Part shown: one piece after another, positions 45,421 to 54,637 of the stretch
Layout: every line of letters begins with the position of its first letter
Position numbering within the stretch: the first letter of the stretch is position 1
Assembly: GCA_947629235.1 (NCBI GenBank)
Contig: CANRCX010000005.1
Location: forward strand, 1 to 62,938
Reading direction: 5' to 3'
DNA from: an uncultured Bacilli bacterium
GTDB taxonomy: Bacteria > Bacillota_I > Bacilli_A > RF39 > UBA660
DNA: 62,938 nucleotides
Made by a program: the position numbers and the translations under genes
The notes under the pieces: generated by a model
What the model was told of the DNA's origin: nothing
The model's input: only the letters and a program-made list of their open reading frames with translations
The model's database searches: none

Positions 45421-47183
45421 ATAAAAAAATAAAGATACCTACATTTAAAGAAACAATAACTAAAACTTATAAAATAATAAAAGGTCATAGAAAAAGTTAT
45501 TTATTAATAATATTATTTTGTATACTAGCAGCTATATTTAATTCACTAGCACCTTATTTTTTAGGACTTGCTACAGATAGTTTATATAATTCAGTTACAA
45601 ATCATTTAGCTTTTGATATAAGCTATATAATAAAAATATTATTAATTGTTGCTTCTTGTTATTTAATAGATGCAACCTGTACTTATTTTAAAAGTTTCTT
45701 AGCTTCTTCTTTAGGACAAAAAATAGGATATGATTTAAGAAATAAATTAATAAATAAAATTAATAAAATTAAATTTATGGATTTAGATAAAATGAAAAAA
45801 GGAGATGTTATTAGTAAAATTACTAATGATGTTGAAAGACTTACTGATAATTTAACTGAAATAATACCAGATCTTGTATATAATTTTTCATTAATATTTG
45901 GTGTTATTGTAATGATGTATATATTAGATCCATTACTTGCAACTCTTACTATAACAGTAATTCCAATTACTTATTTCTTACTTTCATATATAGTTAAAAA
46001 AACACAAATTTATTTTGAATTAAATCAAAGAGCTTTAGGTAATGTTAATTCATTTGTAGAAGAAAGTGTTACTAATAATGATGTAATAAAATCATTTAAT
46101 AAAGAAAAATATTTTAATAATAAATTTAATAAAGAAAGTGCTCGTCTTGCTGATTATGGATTTAAAAGTAGTTTTTATAGTTCACTTGCAGTACCTTTTA
46201 ATAAAGCAATTGGTAACTTAAATTATATAATTATAGTTGGAGTTGGTTCAATTTCAGTTATTAAAGGTAAGTTAAGACTAGGAGCTATACAATCATTTAT
46301 ACAATATATGAAAGACTTTAATAAACCAATGAATGTAATAGCACAAGTAATTGCTAATTTACAAATGGCAATTGCATCAGTTGATAGAGTATATGAAATA
46401 TTAGATTTACCTGAAGAAGATAATGGATACTTAGATGATGTTAGATTTGATCATAAAATAGAATTTAAGAATGTTAATTTTGGTTATGAAAAAGGAAAAA
46501 CAGTTCTTAAAAACTTTAATTTAACAATTAATAAAGGTGAAAAAGTAGCACTAGTAGGAAAAACAGGTGCTGGTAAAACTACAATTGTAAATTTACTTAT
46601 GGGATTTTATGATAATTATGAAGGCCAAATTTTAATTGATGGAGTAAGTATTAGAGATTTAGATAAAAACTCATATAGAAAATTAATTAGTATGGTACTT
46701 CAAGATACATGGTTATTTGAAGGCACTATTAAAGAAAATATTGTTTATGATAAAAAAATTAGTGATGATAAATTAAATAGCATTTTATCTAAATCAAAAA
46801 TAGAACATTTAATTGAAAGTTTACCTAAAGGACTTGAGTTCAATATAAATGAAGAAACTGATAATATATCATCTGGTGAAAAACAATTATTAACAATAGC
46901 TCGTGCATTAGTTGCAAATCCTGAAATATTAATTTTAGATGAAGCAACTAGTAATGTTGATACAAGACTTGAATATTTAATAAATACATCTATGGATAAT
47001 TTAATGAAAGATAGAACTTCAATTGTAATAGCTCATAGATTATCTACCATAGTTAAGAGTGATAAAATAATTGTTATTAAAAATGGTCAGATATTAGAAA
47101 CAGGTACTCATAAAGAATTACTTAAAAATAAAGGATATTATTATGAACTTTATACAAGTCAATTTGAAGTAGAAGAAAATTAA
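45417..47183 (+). CDS. ABC exporter half-transporter (TMD-NBD), canonical site
   Basis: GKTGAGKTT, SSGEKQLLTIARAL, ILILDEATSNVD; ATGA overlap with the partner gene. Confidence 0.85.
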   Translation: MNKKIKIPTFKETITKTYKIIKGHRKSYLLIILFCILAAIFNSLAPYFLGLATDSLYNSVTNHLAFDISYIIKILLIVASCYLIDATCTYFKSFLASSLGQKIGYDLRNKLINKINKIKFMDLDKMKKGDVISKITNDVERLTDNLTEIIPDLVYNFSLIFGVIVMMYILDPLLATLTITVIPITYFLLSYIVKKTQIYFELNQRALGNVNSFVEESVTNNDVIKSFNKEKYFNNKFNKESARLADYGFKSSFYSSLAVPFNKAIGNLNYIIIVGVGSISVIKGKLRLGAIQSFIQYMKDFNKPMNVIAQVIANLQMAIASVDRVYEILDLPEEDNGYLDDVRFDHKIEFKNVNFGYEKGKTVLKNFNLTINKGEKVALVGKTGAGKTTIVNLLMGFYDNYEGQILIDGVSIRDLDKNSYRKLISMVLQDTWLFEGTIKENIVYDKKISDDKLNSILSKSKIEHLIESLPKGLEFNINEETDNISSGEKQLLTIARALVANPEILILDEATSNVDTRLEYLINTSMDNLMKDRTSIVIAHRLSTIVKSDKIIVIKNGQILETGTHKELLKNKGYYYELYTSQFEVEEN

Positions 47184-47198
47184 TTTTTCTACTTTTTT
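47168..47198 (+). terminator. intrinsic terminator
   Basis: agtagaa...ttctact plus T6. Confidence 0.6.
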
Positions 47199-47256
47199 AA
47201 TTTTGTAACTTAATTGTAACTTTGATAATATATAATTAACTTGAAAGGGTGATAAT

Positions 47257-47925
47257 ATGGAAATATTAAAAGTAGAAAATTTAACTAAAATTTATGGTAA
47301 AGATTCAACTAAAGTAGTAGCACTAGATCATGTTTCATTTACTGTAGATAAAGGAGAATTTGTAGCAATAGTTGGAGCTTCTGGTAGTGGTAAATCAACT
47401 CTTCTACATTTAATTGGTGGAGTAGATACACCAACTAGTGGAAAAGTATTTATTGATGGAAAAGATATATATTCTCTTGATAGTGATAATTTAGCTATAT
47501 TTAGAAGAAGATATGTAGGCCTTATATATCAATTTTATAATTTAATTTCAATATTAAATGTAGAAGAAAATATAGCTCTAGCACTTAATCTTGATAATAG
47601 AGAAGTTGATAGAGTAAAATTAAATGATTTACTTAAAACTCTAGGACTTTTAAATAGAAGATATCATCTTCCAAGTGAACTATCTGGTGGACAACAACAA
47701 AGAGTTAGTATAGGAAGAGCTTTAATTACTGAACCTACTATTATCTTAGCAGATGAACCAACAGGTAACTTAGATTCTAAATCTAGTGATGAAATAGTTG
47801 AATTATTAAGAAGAGCAAATAAAGAATATAATCAAACAATAATAATGATTACTCATAATATGGAAATAGCTGAATGTGCTGATAGAATAATTAAAATAGA
47901 AGATGGACATATTGTAGGTGATTAA
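47257..47925 (+). CDS. ABC ATP-binding protein (BceA/MacB-like)
   Basis: GASGSGKST, LSGGQQQRVSIGRAL, ILADEPTGNLD. Confidence 0.88.
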   Translation: MEILKVENLTKIYGKDSTKVVALDHVSFTVDKGEFVAIVGASGSGKSTLLHLIGGVDTPTSGKVFIDGKDIYSLDSDNLAIFRRRYVGLIYQFYNLISILNVEENIALALNLDNREVDRVKLNDLLKTLGLLNRRYHLPSELSGGQQQRVSIGRALITEPTIILADEPTGNLDSKSSDEIVELLRRANKEYNQTIIMITHNMEIAECADRIIKIEDGHIVGD

Positions 47926-50557
47926 AATGAATGTTTTAAATAAACTAACAATAAAAAATTTAAAATTAAATAAAAAAAGAAGTATTGTAACAATAATTGG
48001 AATTATTTTATCAGTTGCTCTTATTATGGCAGTAGTAACAATGTATAGTAGTGCGATTGCATCATTAATTAAATTTGAAACTACTGAAAAAGGAAATTAT
48101 CATGCAGTCTTTTATGATGTTCCAAGTAGTGATATAAATACATTTAAACAAAATAGAAAAATAGAAAGTATATATTTAACTCATCATATAGGTTATGCTA
48201 GATTAAATGAATCTAAAAATGAAGATAAGCCTTATGCTCATGTTATGTCTTTTGATGAGAATGCTATTAAGAATTTAGCTATTAATTTAACAGAAGGAAG
48301 ACTTCCAGAAAATGATAGTGAAATACTAATACCAACTCATTTAAAAACAAATGGTAGAGTAGACTTAAAAGTAGGAGATAGTATTACACTAGATATTGGA
48401 GATAGGATATATTTAGAAGATAATGCTATTTTAAATCAAGGTAATCCATTTTTAGAACATGAAGATATAATTAATACAACACCACATACTTATAAAATAG
48501 TAGGTATTGTTAATAGACCACCTAGTACTATTGAAAGTTATAGTGCACCAGGATATACATTTATAACAATAATGCAATCTCTTGAAAATACAAATTATGA
48601 TGTTTATGCTAAATTTACTAAACAAGGTAGTAAAGATGCATATAAAGTAACTGCTGATATTATTGGTATAGATAGTGACTTATATAAAAATATTATGACG
48701 TCTACAATAGATATTAGTGAAGAAGATTGGAATAAATATCTTAATGAAAATGAACATAAAAAATATGAAGAAAATTTAAATACATATTTAATTACATTAG
48801 AAACTAATCCACTTAAAGACTCAACAAGTATGTCTCTTGGTACAGTTGTTATTATAGTATGTATAATTATAATATTTACATCAATATTCTGTATTAAAAA
48901 TAGTTTTGATATTTCAATAACTGAAAAAACAAAACAATATGGTATGTTAAAAAGTATAGGAGCAACATCAAAACAAATTAAAAAGAATGTATTTTATGAA
49001 GCAACTATTTTAGGACTTATTGGGGTGCCTCTTGGTATTCTTAGTGGAATAATTGCCTCACTCATATTAATTATAGTAAGTAATTATTTACTTGCAACAT
49101 CTCTTGAAGAAAATTTAAAACTAATATTTCACTTTTCATACTTTGGACTTATATTTAGTGTAATACTTAGTATTATAACAATATATTTAAGTGCATTTAG
49201 AAGTGCTAAAAAGGCATCTAAAGTTTCTTCAATTGAACTAATTAGAAATAGTGGAGAAATAAAAATAAAAAGAAATAAAATTAAAAGTCCTAAATTTATA
49301 TCTAAACTATTTGGTGTAGGTGGAGTAATATCATATAAAAATATGAAAAGAAATAAAAAGAAATATAGAACAAGTATTATTGCTATTACAGTATCAGTTC
49401 TTGTATTTATTGCTCTATATTCATTTACTTATCTTACATATCAAGGCATAGAAGAAGAATTAAATATAGAAGACTATAATATACTAGTAAAAGCTTCTAA
49501 AATAGATATAGAAAATAAAGAATTTAAAAATAAATTTTTAAGTATAGTTAATCTTGATAATATTAAAGACTATTCTATTGTAAGATCAAGTATGTTTTAT
49601 ATTATTAATCCAAAATATAGTGACTTATATATAGAAAATTATGGTACTGCGGGAGATTATAGTAATGAAGACAATCTTGAATATGCAGAAATTAGAGCAG
49701 TAGGAGATCATGCTTATAAAAAATATTTAGATTCATTAGGACTAGAATATGATAAATTTAAAGATAAAGCAATACTTGTTGATAAAATAAACATGGTTAT
49801 AAAAAATAATGATAATGAGTCAACATTAAAAAAAGAAAGATTATTTGATTATACAGCAAATGATAAAATAACTGGATATGTAGACAATAGAGAAAGTGAA
49901 AATATTGTTAATTTAGAAATAGGTTATATTACTGATACTTTCCCATTTGCAGTATCAAATAATAGTAGTAATAATCCAATATTAATAGTAAGTGATAATG
50001 TGTATGATAAATTTAATGCAGATAATGAAACAAATATTTATATAGATTCATCTAATGCAAATAAATTACAAGATGATATCGATAAATTACTTGCAGGTTA
50101 TAATTATAATTTATACAATTCAGAAGAAAACGCTAAAATAATGAGAAATTTAATTCTATTAATATCAATATTCTTATATGGATTTATAATAGTAATTAGT
50201 TTAATTGGTATAACTACTATATTTAATACAATAACTACAAGTGTTAATTTAAGAAGACAAGAATTTGCAATGTTAAAGTCAATTGGAATGACAAATAAAG
50301 AATTTAATAGAATGATAAGACTAGAAAGTTTATTTATAGGAGTTAAATCATTAGTAATTGGTATAATCGTAGGAAGTATTTTATCTTTCTTAATATATAT
50401 TTCATTTAATGCATCATTTGAATATTCTTATCCATTTAAGGCAGTATTAATATGTATAGTATCTGTATTCTTACTAATTAGTGTTATTATGAAATACTCA
50501 ATAAATAAAATTAATAAACAAAATATAATTGAAACTATAAGAAATGAAAATATATAA
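47918..50557 (+). CDS. FtsX-family permease, 879 aa, two large extracytoplasmic domains
   Basis: Two FtsX modules (GMLKSIGATSKQIKK and AMLKSIGMTNKEFNR), each preceded by a ~250-aa hydrophilic domain. Confidence 0.8.
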   Translation: MIKMNVLNKLTIKNLKLNKKRSIVTIIGIILSVALIMAVVTMYSSAIASLIKFETTEKGNYHAVFYDVPSSDINTFKQNRKIESIYLTHHIGYARLNESKNEDKPYAHVMSFDENAIKNLAINLTEGRLPENDSEILIPTHLKTNGRVDLKVGDSITLDIGDRIYLEDNAILNQGNPFLEHEDIINTTPHTYKIVGIVNRPPSTIESYSAPGYTFITIMQSLENTNYDVYAKFTKQGSKDAYKVTADIIGIDSDLYKNIMTSTIDISEEDWNKYLNENEHKKYEENLNTYLITLETNPLKDSTSMSLGTVVIIVCIIIIFTSIFCIKNSFDISITEKTKQYGMLKSIGATSKQIKKNVFYEATILGLIGVPLGILSGIIASLILIIVSNYLLATSLEENLKLIFHFSYFGLIFSVILSIITIYLSAFRSAKKASKVSSIELIRNSGEIKIKRNKIKSPKFISKLFGVGGVISYKNMKRNKKKYRTSIIAITVSVLVFIALYSFTYLTYQGIEEELNIEDYNILVKASKIDIENKEFKNKFLSIVNLDNIKDYSIVRSSMFYIINPKYSDLYIENYGTAGDYSNEDNLEYAEIRAVGDHAYKKYLDSLGLEYDKFKDKAILVDKINMVIKNNDNESTLKKERLFDYTANDKITGYVDNRESENIVNLEIGYITDTFPFAVSNNSSNNPILIVSDNVYDKFNADNETNIYIDSSNANKLQDDIDKLLAGYNYNLYNSEENAKIMRNLILLISIFLYGFIIVISLIGITTIFNTITTSVNLRRQEFAMLKSIGMTNKEFNRMIRLESLFIGVKSLVIGIIVGSILSFLIYISFNASFEYSYPFKAVLICIVSVFLLISVIMKYSINKINKQNIIETIRNENI

Positions 50558-50575
50558 AGAGCTTTTTGCTCTTTT
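50556..50575 (+). terminator. weak intrinsic terminator or pause
   Basis: aaagagc-ttttt-gctcttt. Confidence 0.4.
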
Positions 50576-50606
50576 ATATTGTATAATTAAATAGAAAGGA
50601 AATATT

Positions 50607-51269
50607 ATGAATATTTTATTAATTGAAGATAATTTAAATATTGTAAAAGGTCTTACATATTCACTTGTAAAAGAAAATTTTAAAGTGACTAGTTTTGATA
50701 CAATTAAAAAGTCTTATGAATATATAAATAAAAATGATAATATTGATTTAATTATTCTTGATATTACACTTCCAGATGGTAATGGAATAGATTTATTTAA
50801 AAATATTATTAAAGATAAAAATATACCTACAATATTTTTAACAGCAATAGATGAAGAAGAAGTAATAGTAAATTCATTAAATTTAGGAATTGAAGATTAT
50901 ATTACAAAACCATTTTCTACAAAAGAATTAATCGCGAGAATGAATAAAATAATTCTTAGAAATAAAAAACAAAATATAATAAATGTTAAAGATATAAAAT
51001 ATGATTTAGATAAAATGATTGTATATAAATCTAATAAAATAATTGAACTTTCTAGTATAGAATTAAAAATATTAAATTTATTATTTACAAATATAAATAA
51101 AGTAGTTAAAAGAGACTTTATACTTGATAAAATATGGGAGTGGACAGGTAATGATGTACTAGAACATACAATTACTGTATATATGAAAAGAATAAGAGAA
51201 AAATTAGGTAGTGATATAATAACTACTGTTAAAGGAATAGGTTATAGAATAGATGAAGAACAAAATTAA
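50607..51269 (+). CDS. OmpR-family response regulator
   Basis: Receiver LIILDITLPDGNG; winged helix VKGIGYRI. Confidence 0.88.
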   Translation: MNILLIEDNLNIVKGLTYSLVKENFKVTSFDTIKKSYEYINKNDNIDLIILDITLPDGNGIDLFKNIIKDKNIPTIFLTAIDEEEVIVNSLNLGIEDYITKPFSTKELIARMNKIILRNKKQNIINVKDIKYDLDKMIVYKSNKIIELSSIELKILNLLFTNINKVVKRDFILDKIWEWTGNDVLEHTITVYMKRIREKLGSDIITTVKGIGYRIDEEQN

Positions 51270-52458
51270 ATTTAAAAATTATTTATTTAGTACTCTAATT
51301 ATTTTATTATTTATGATAATTATGCTTTTAATAATCGATAAATATGAATATAATGCTTATACTAAAAACTATAATAATAAACTTAATATGATAGTTAGTA
51401 CTATTAAAAGTAAATATCCAAATATTGATGATGGAGACATAATTGATATATTTAATAATAAAGATATTAATGAAGAGTTTTTTAAACAATATGGAATTGA
51501 TATAGAAAAAGAAAGTGTTATTATAGAAAATAATCAATTACATAATAAATTTATAATAATTAATATTAGTTTTATAGTTATATTAATATTCATTTTATTA
51601 CTAGTATTTATTAAATATGATTTTAATAAAGATAAAGATATTAAAGAAATAACTAAATATATAAAAGAAATAAATAAGAATAATTATAATATAGATATAG
51701 ATAAATTAAGTGAAGATGAACTCTCTATATTAAAAGAAGAATTATATAAAATAACTGTAATGTTAAAGATGAGTTCTATTAATTCTTTAAATGATAAATT
51801 AGAAGTTAAAAAATCTATTGAAGATATATCTCATCAATTAAAAACACCACTTACATCAATACTTATAATGCTAAATAACATTCTTGATGATGAAGATATG
51901 GATGAAAATGTTAAAAAAGATTTTCTAAGAGATATAAAAAAAGAAGTAATGAAAATAAATTCTTTAATCCAAATATTACTTAAATTATCTAAATTTGATT
52001 CTAATTCAATAGAATTTATAAAGAAAAATAATTCAATTAAAAAAATTATATTAGAAAGTATTAAAAATGTATCTTCTCTTAGTGATTTAAAAAATATAAC
52101 AATTAACTTTAATATTAAAGAAGACATTAAAATTAATTGTGATTATATGTGGGAAGTAGAAGCAATAAGTAATATTATTAAAAATTCTATTGAACATTCA
52201 TATGAAAATAATAAAATAGATATACTAGTAGAAAAGAAAAATACATATACAAGTGTTATTATAAAAGATTATGGTAGTGGTATTAGTAAAACTGATTTAC
52301 CACATATATTTGAAAGATTTTATCAATCTAAAAATAGTAATACTAATAATATTGGAATAGGTTTATGTCTTTCTAAATCAATTATTGAAAAAGATAATGG
52401 TAAAATATATGTAGAATCAAATAATAAAGAAACTAAATTTATAATAAAATATTTTTAA
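51253..52458 (+). CDS. sensor histidine kinase
   Basis: Two TM helices, H-box SHQLKTPLTS, N box NIIKNSIEHS, G boxes DYGSGIS and GIGLCLSKSI; overlaps the regulator gene. Confidence 0.85.
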   Translation: MKNKIKFKNYLFSTLIILLFMIIMLLIIDKYEYNAYTKNYNNKLNMIVSTIKSKYPNIDDGDIIDIFNNKDINEEFFKQYGIDIEKESVIIENNQLHNKFIIINISFIVILIFILLLVFIKYDFNKDKDIKEITKYIKEINKNNYNIDIDKLSEDELSILKEELYKITVMLKMSSINSLNDKLEVKKSIEDISHQLKTPLTSILIMLNNILDDEDMDENVKKDFLRDIKKEVMKINSLIQILLKLSKFDSNSIEFIKKNNSIKKIILESIKNVSSLSDLKNITINFNIKEDIKINCDYMWEVEAISNIIKNSIEHSYENNKIDILVEKKNTYTSVIIKDYGSGISKTDLPHIFERFYQSKNSNTNNIGIGLCLSKSIIEKDNGKIYVESNNKETKFIIKYF

Positions 52459-52582
52459 TGAAGTAAATTATGAATGTTAATAAAAATGATTAAAAATATA
52501 GTTAAAAAAATAAATTCATTTTTATTTGTTAATTATTATTATCAATGGTATAATATATATAGTAAAAGAATAGGTGATAAAA

Positions 52583-53860
52583 ATGAATATTGATGAAATA
52601 ATATTAAAGAAAGAAAATAAAGAACCATTAGAATATAAAGAAATTGAATATATGGTAAACTCATATGTTAAGAATAAAATAAATGATAAAACTATGAGTA
52701 AATTTATATGGGCTATTTATAATAATGGACTTAGTATAAAAGAAACATATTATTTAACTGATGTTATGATTAAAAGTGGAGAAGTAATAGATTTATCTAG
52801 CTTAAATAAAAAGGTTGTTGATAAACATTCAACTGGTGGTGTAGGAGATAAAATTACTTTAATAGTATCTCCAATAGTTGCTGCATCTGGTGTATGTGTA
52901 CCTAAAATGAGTGGAAGAGGTCTTGGGCTTACAGGAGGAACTGTTGATAAATTAGAAAGTATTAGTGGTTATAAATTAAATCTAACTAAAAAAGAATTTA
53001 TTAATGCATTAAAGAAAGTAGGATGTGCAGTTATTAGTCAAAGTGAACAAATAGCTGTAGCTGATAAAAAAATATATGCTCTTAGAAATGAAATTGGAGC
53101 AGTTGATTCAATTCCTTTAATAGCAAGTTCAATTATGTCTAAAAAAATAGCAAGTGGAAGTGACATAATAATAATTGATTTAAAAGTTGGTGAAGGTGCA
53201 TTTATGAAAAACATAAAAGATGCAACTAAACTAGCTAAAACAATGGTTGAAATAGGTAAATATTATAATAAAAAAGTAATTTGTACATTGAGTGATATGA
53301 ATATACCACTTGGTTCTAATATAGGAAATGCACTTGAAGTAAAAGAAGCAATTGATTTCTTTAATGGAAAATATGATAAAAGATTATATGAACTTTCTGT
53401 ATATATTTCAAGTTTAATGATTAGTAGTGCTAAAAATATATCAATGTCTAGAGCTAAAAGATTAGTTATTAATTTACTTGAAAGTGGACATGCTAGAAAT
53501 AAATTTTATGAATGGATTAAAAATCAAGGTGGAGATATTACTAAATTAAAAGATAAAGCTAGAAAATATATTGTTGTTTCTACTAAGAGTGGTTATGTAA
53601 ATGAAATTGATTCACATAAAATATCTCAACTTGTATTTGATCTTGGTGCTGGAAGAGTTAAAAAGACAGATAAAATAGATTATGCAGCAGGTGTTATGCT
53701 AAATAAAAAAATAGGTCAAAGAGTATTAAAAGGTGAAATACTTGGTGTAATATTCTATAATAAAAAAGTAGAAAATATGGATAAAATATTTGAAAGTTCA
53801 TTTATAATTGATAAAAAGAAAAAGAGAGTTAAAAAAATAATTATTAAAACTATAAAATAA
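52583..53860 (+). CDS. pdp: pyrimidine-nucleoside (thymidine) phosphorylase
   Basis: DKHSTGGVGDK and SGRGLGLTGGTVDKLE; AGGTGA SD before ATG 52583. Confidence 0.88.
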   Translation: MNIDEIILKKENKEPLEYKEIEYMVNSYVKNKINDKTMSKFIWAIYNNGLSIKETYYLTDVMIKSGEVIDLSSLNKKVVDKHSTGGVGDKITLIVSPIVAASGVCVPKMSGRGLGLTGGTVDKLESISGYKLNLTKKEFINALKKVGCAVISQSEQIAVADKKIYALRNEIGAVDSIPLIASSIMSKKIASGSDIIIIDLKVGEGAFMKNIKDATKLAKTMVEIGKYYNKKVICTLSDMNIPLGSNIGNALEVKEAIDFFNGKYDKRLYELSVYISSLMISSAKNISMSRAKRLVINLLESGHARNKFYEWIKNQGGDITKLKDKARKYIVVSTKSGYVNEIDSHKISQLVFDLGAGRVKKTDKIDYAAGVMLNKKIGQRVLKGEILGVIFYNKKVENMDKIFESSFIIDKKKKRVKKIIIKTIK

Positions 53861-53888
53861 TTGATTATATTAGAATATTGGAGAAATT

Positions 53889-54533
53889 ATGCAAGTAAAT
53901 GAAGAATTAAAAAAATATATAGATGAAAATGTTTTAAAAGAATATAATAAAAATGAAATAGGACATGGTATAAATCATATTCATTATGTTATTGATAGAA
54001 GTTTTGAATTAATAAAAGAAAATAATTTAGATGTAAATAATGATATGGTTTATACTATTGCTGCATATCATGATATTGGGCATCATATTGATACTAAAAA
54101 ACATGAAATTGTATCTGCTGAAATAATGTATAATGATAAAAATTTATTAAAATTTTTTTCTGATAAAGAATTAACTATAATAAAAGAAGCTATTGAAGAT
54201 CATAGAGCTTCAATGGAAGGTGAACCAAGAAGTATATATGGTAAAATAGTATCTTCTGCAGATAGAAATAATACTGTGGAAGACTGTCTAAGTAGAACAT
54301 ATACATATGGTAAAAAATTGAATCCTAATGCAACTGATGAAGAATTATTTTTAAGAGCATATGATGTTTTGAGTAAGAAATTTGGAGAAAATGGATATGC
54401 TAAATTTTATTTTAAAGATAAAAAATATGAAGAATTTTTAAAAGAAATAAGAAACTTATTAAAAGATAAAGAAAACTATATTAATACACAAAGAAATTAC
54501 ATTATGAAACTAAAAAAGCAAAAGAAAATTTGA
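53889..54533 (+). CDS. HD-domain phosphohydrolase
   Basis: H...HD(IGH) and ...DHR...D pattern. Confidence 0.65.
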   Translation: MQVNEELKKYIDENVLKEYNKNEIGHGINHIHYVIDRSFELIKENNLDVNNDMVYTIAAYHDIGHHIDTKKHEIVSAEIMYNDKNLLKFFSDKELTIIKEAIEDHRASMEGEPRSIYGKIVSSADRNNTVEDCLSRTYTYGKKLNPNATDEELFLRAYDVLSKKFGENGYAKFYFKDKKYEEFLKEIRNLLKDKENYINTQRNYIMKLKKQKKI

Positions 54534-54637
54534 TAGTAATTTAATATTACTATTTTTTATTTAAAACTTAATTTTTTTTGAAAAATTCACTTAAAATTTT
54601 CTTTTATTCTTTTTTTAAATGTTATATAATAAAAGCT

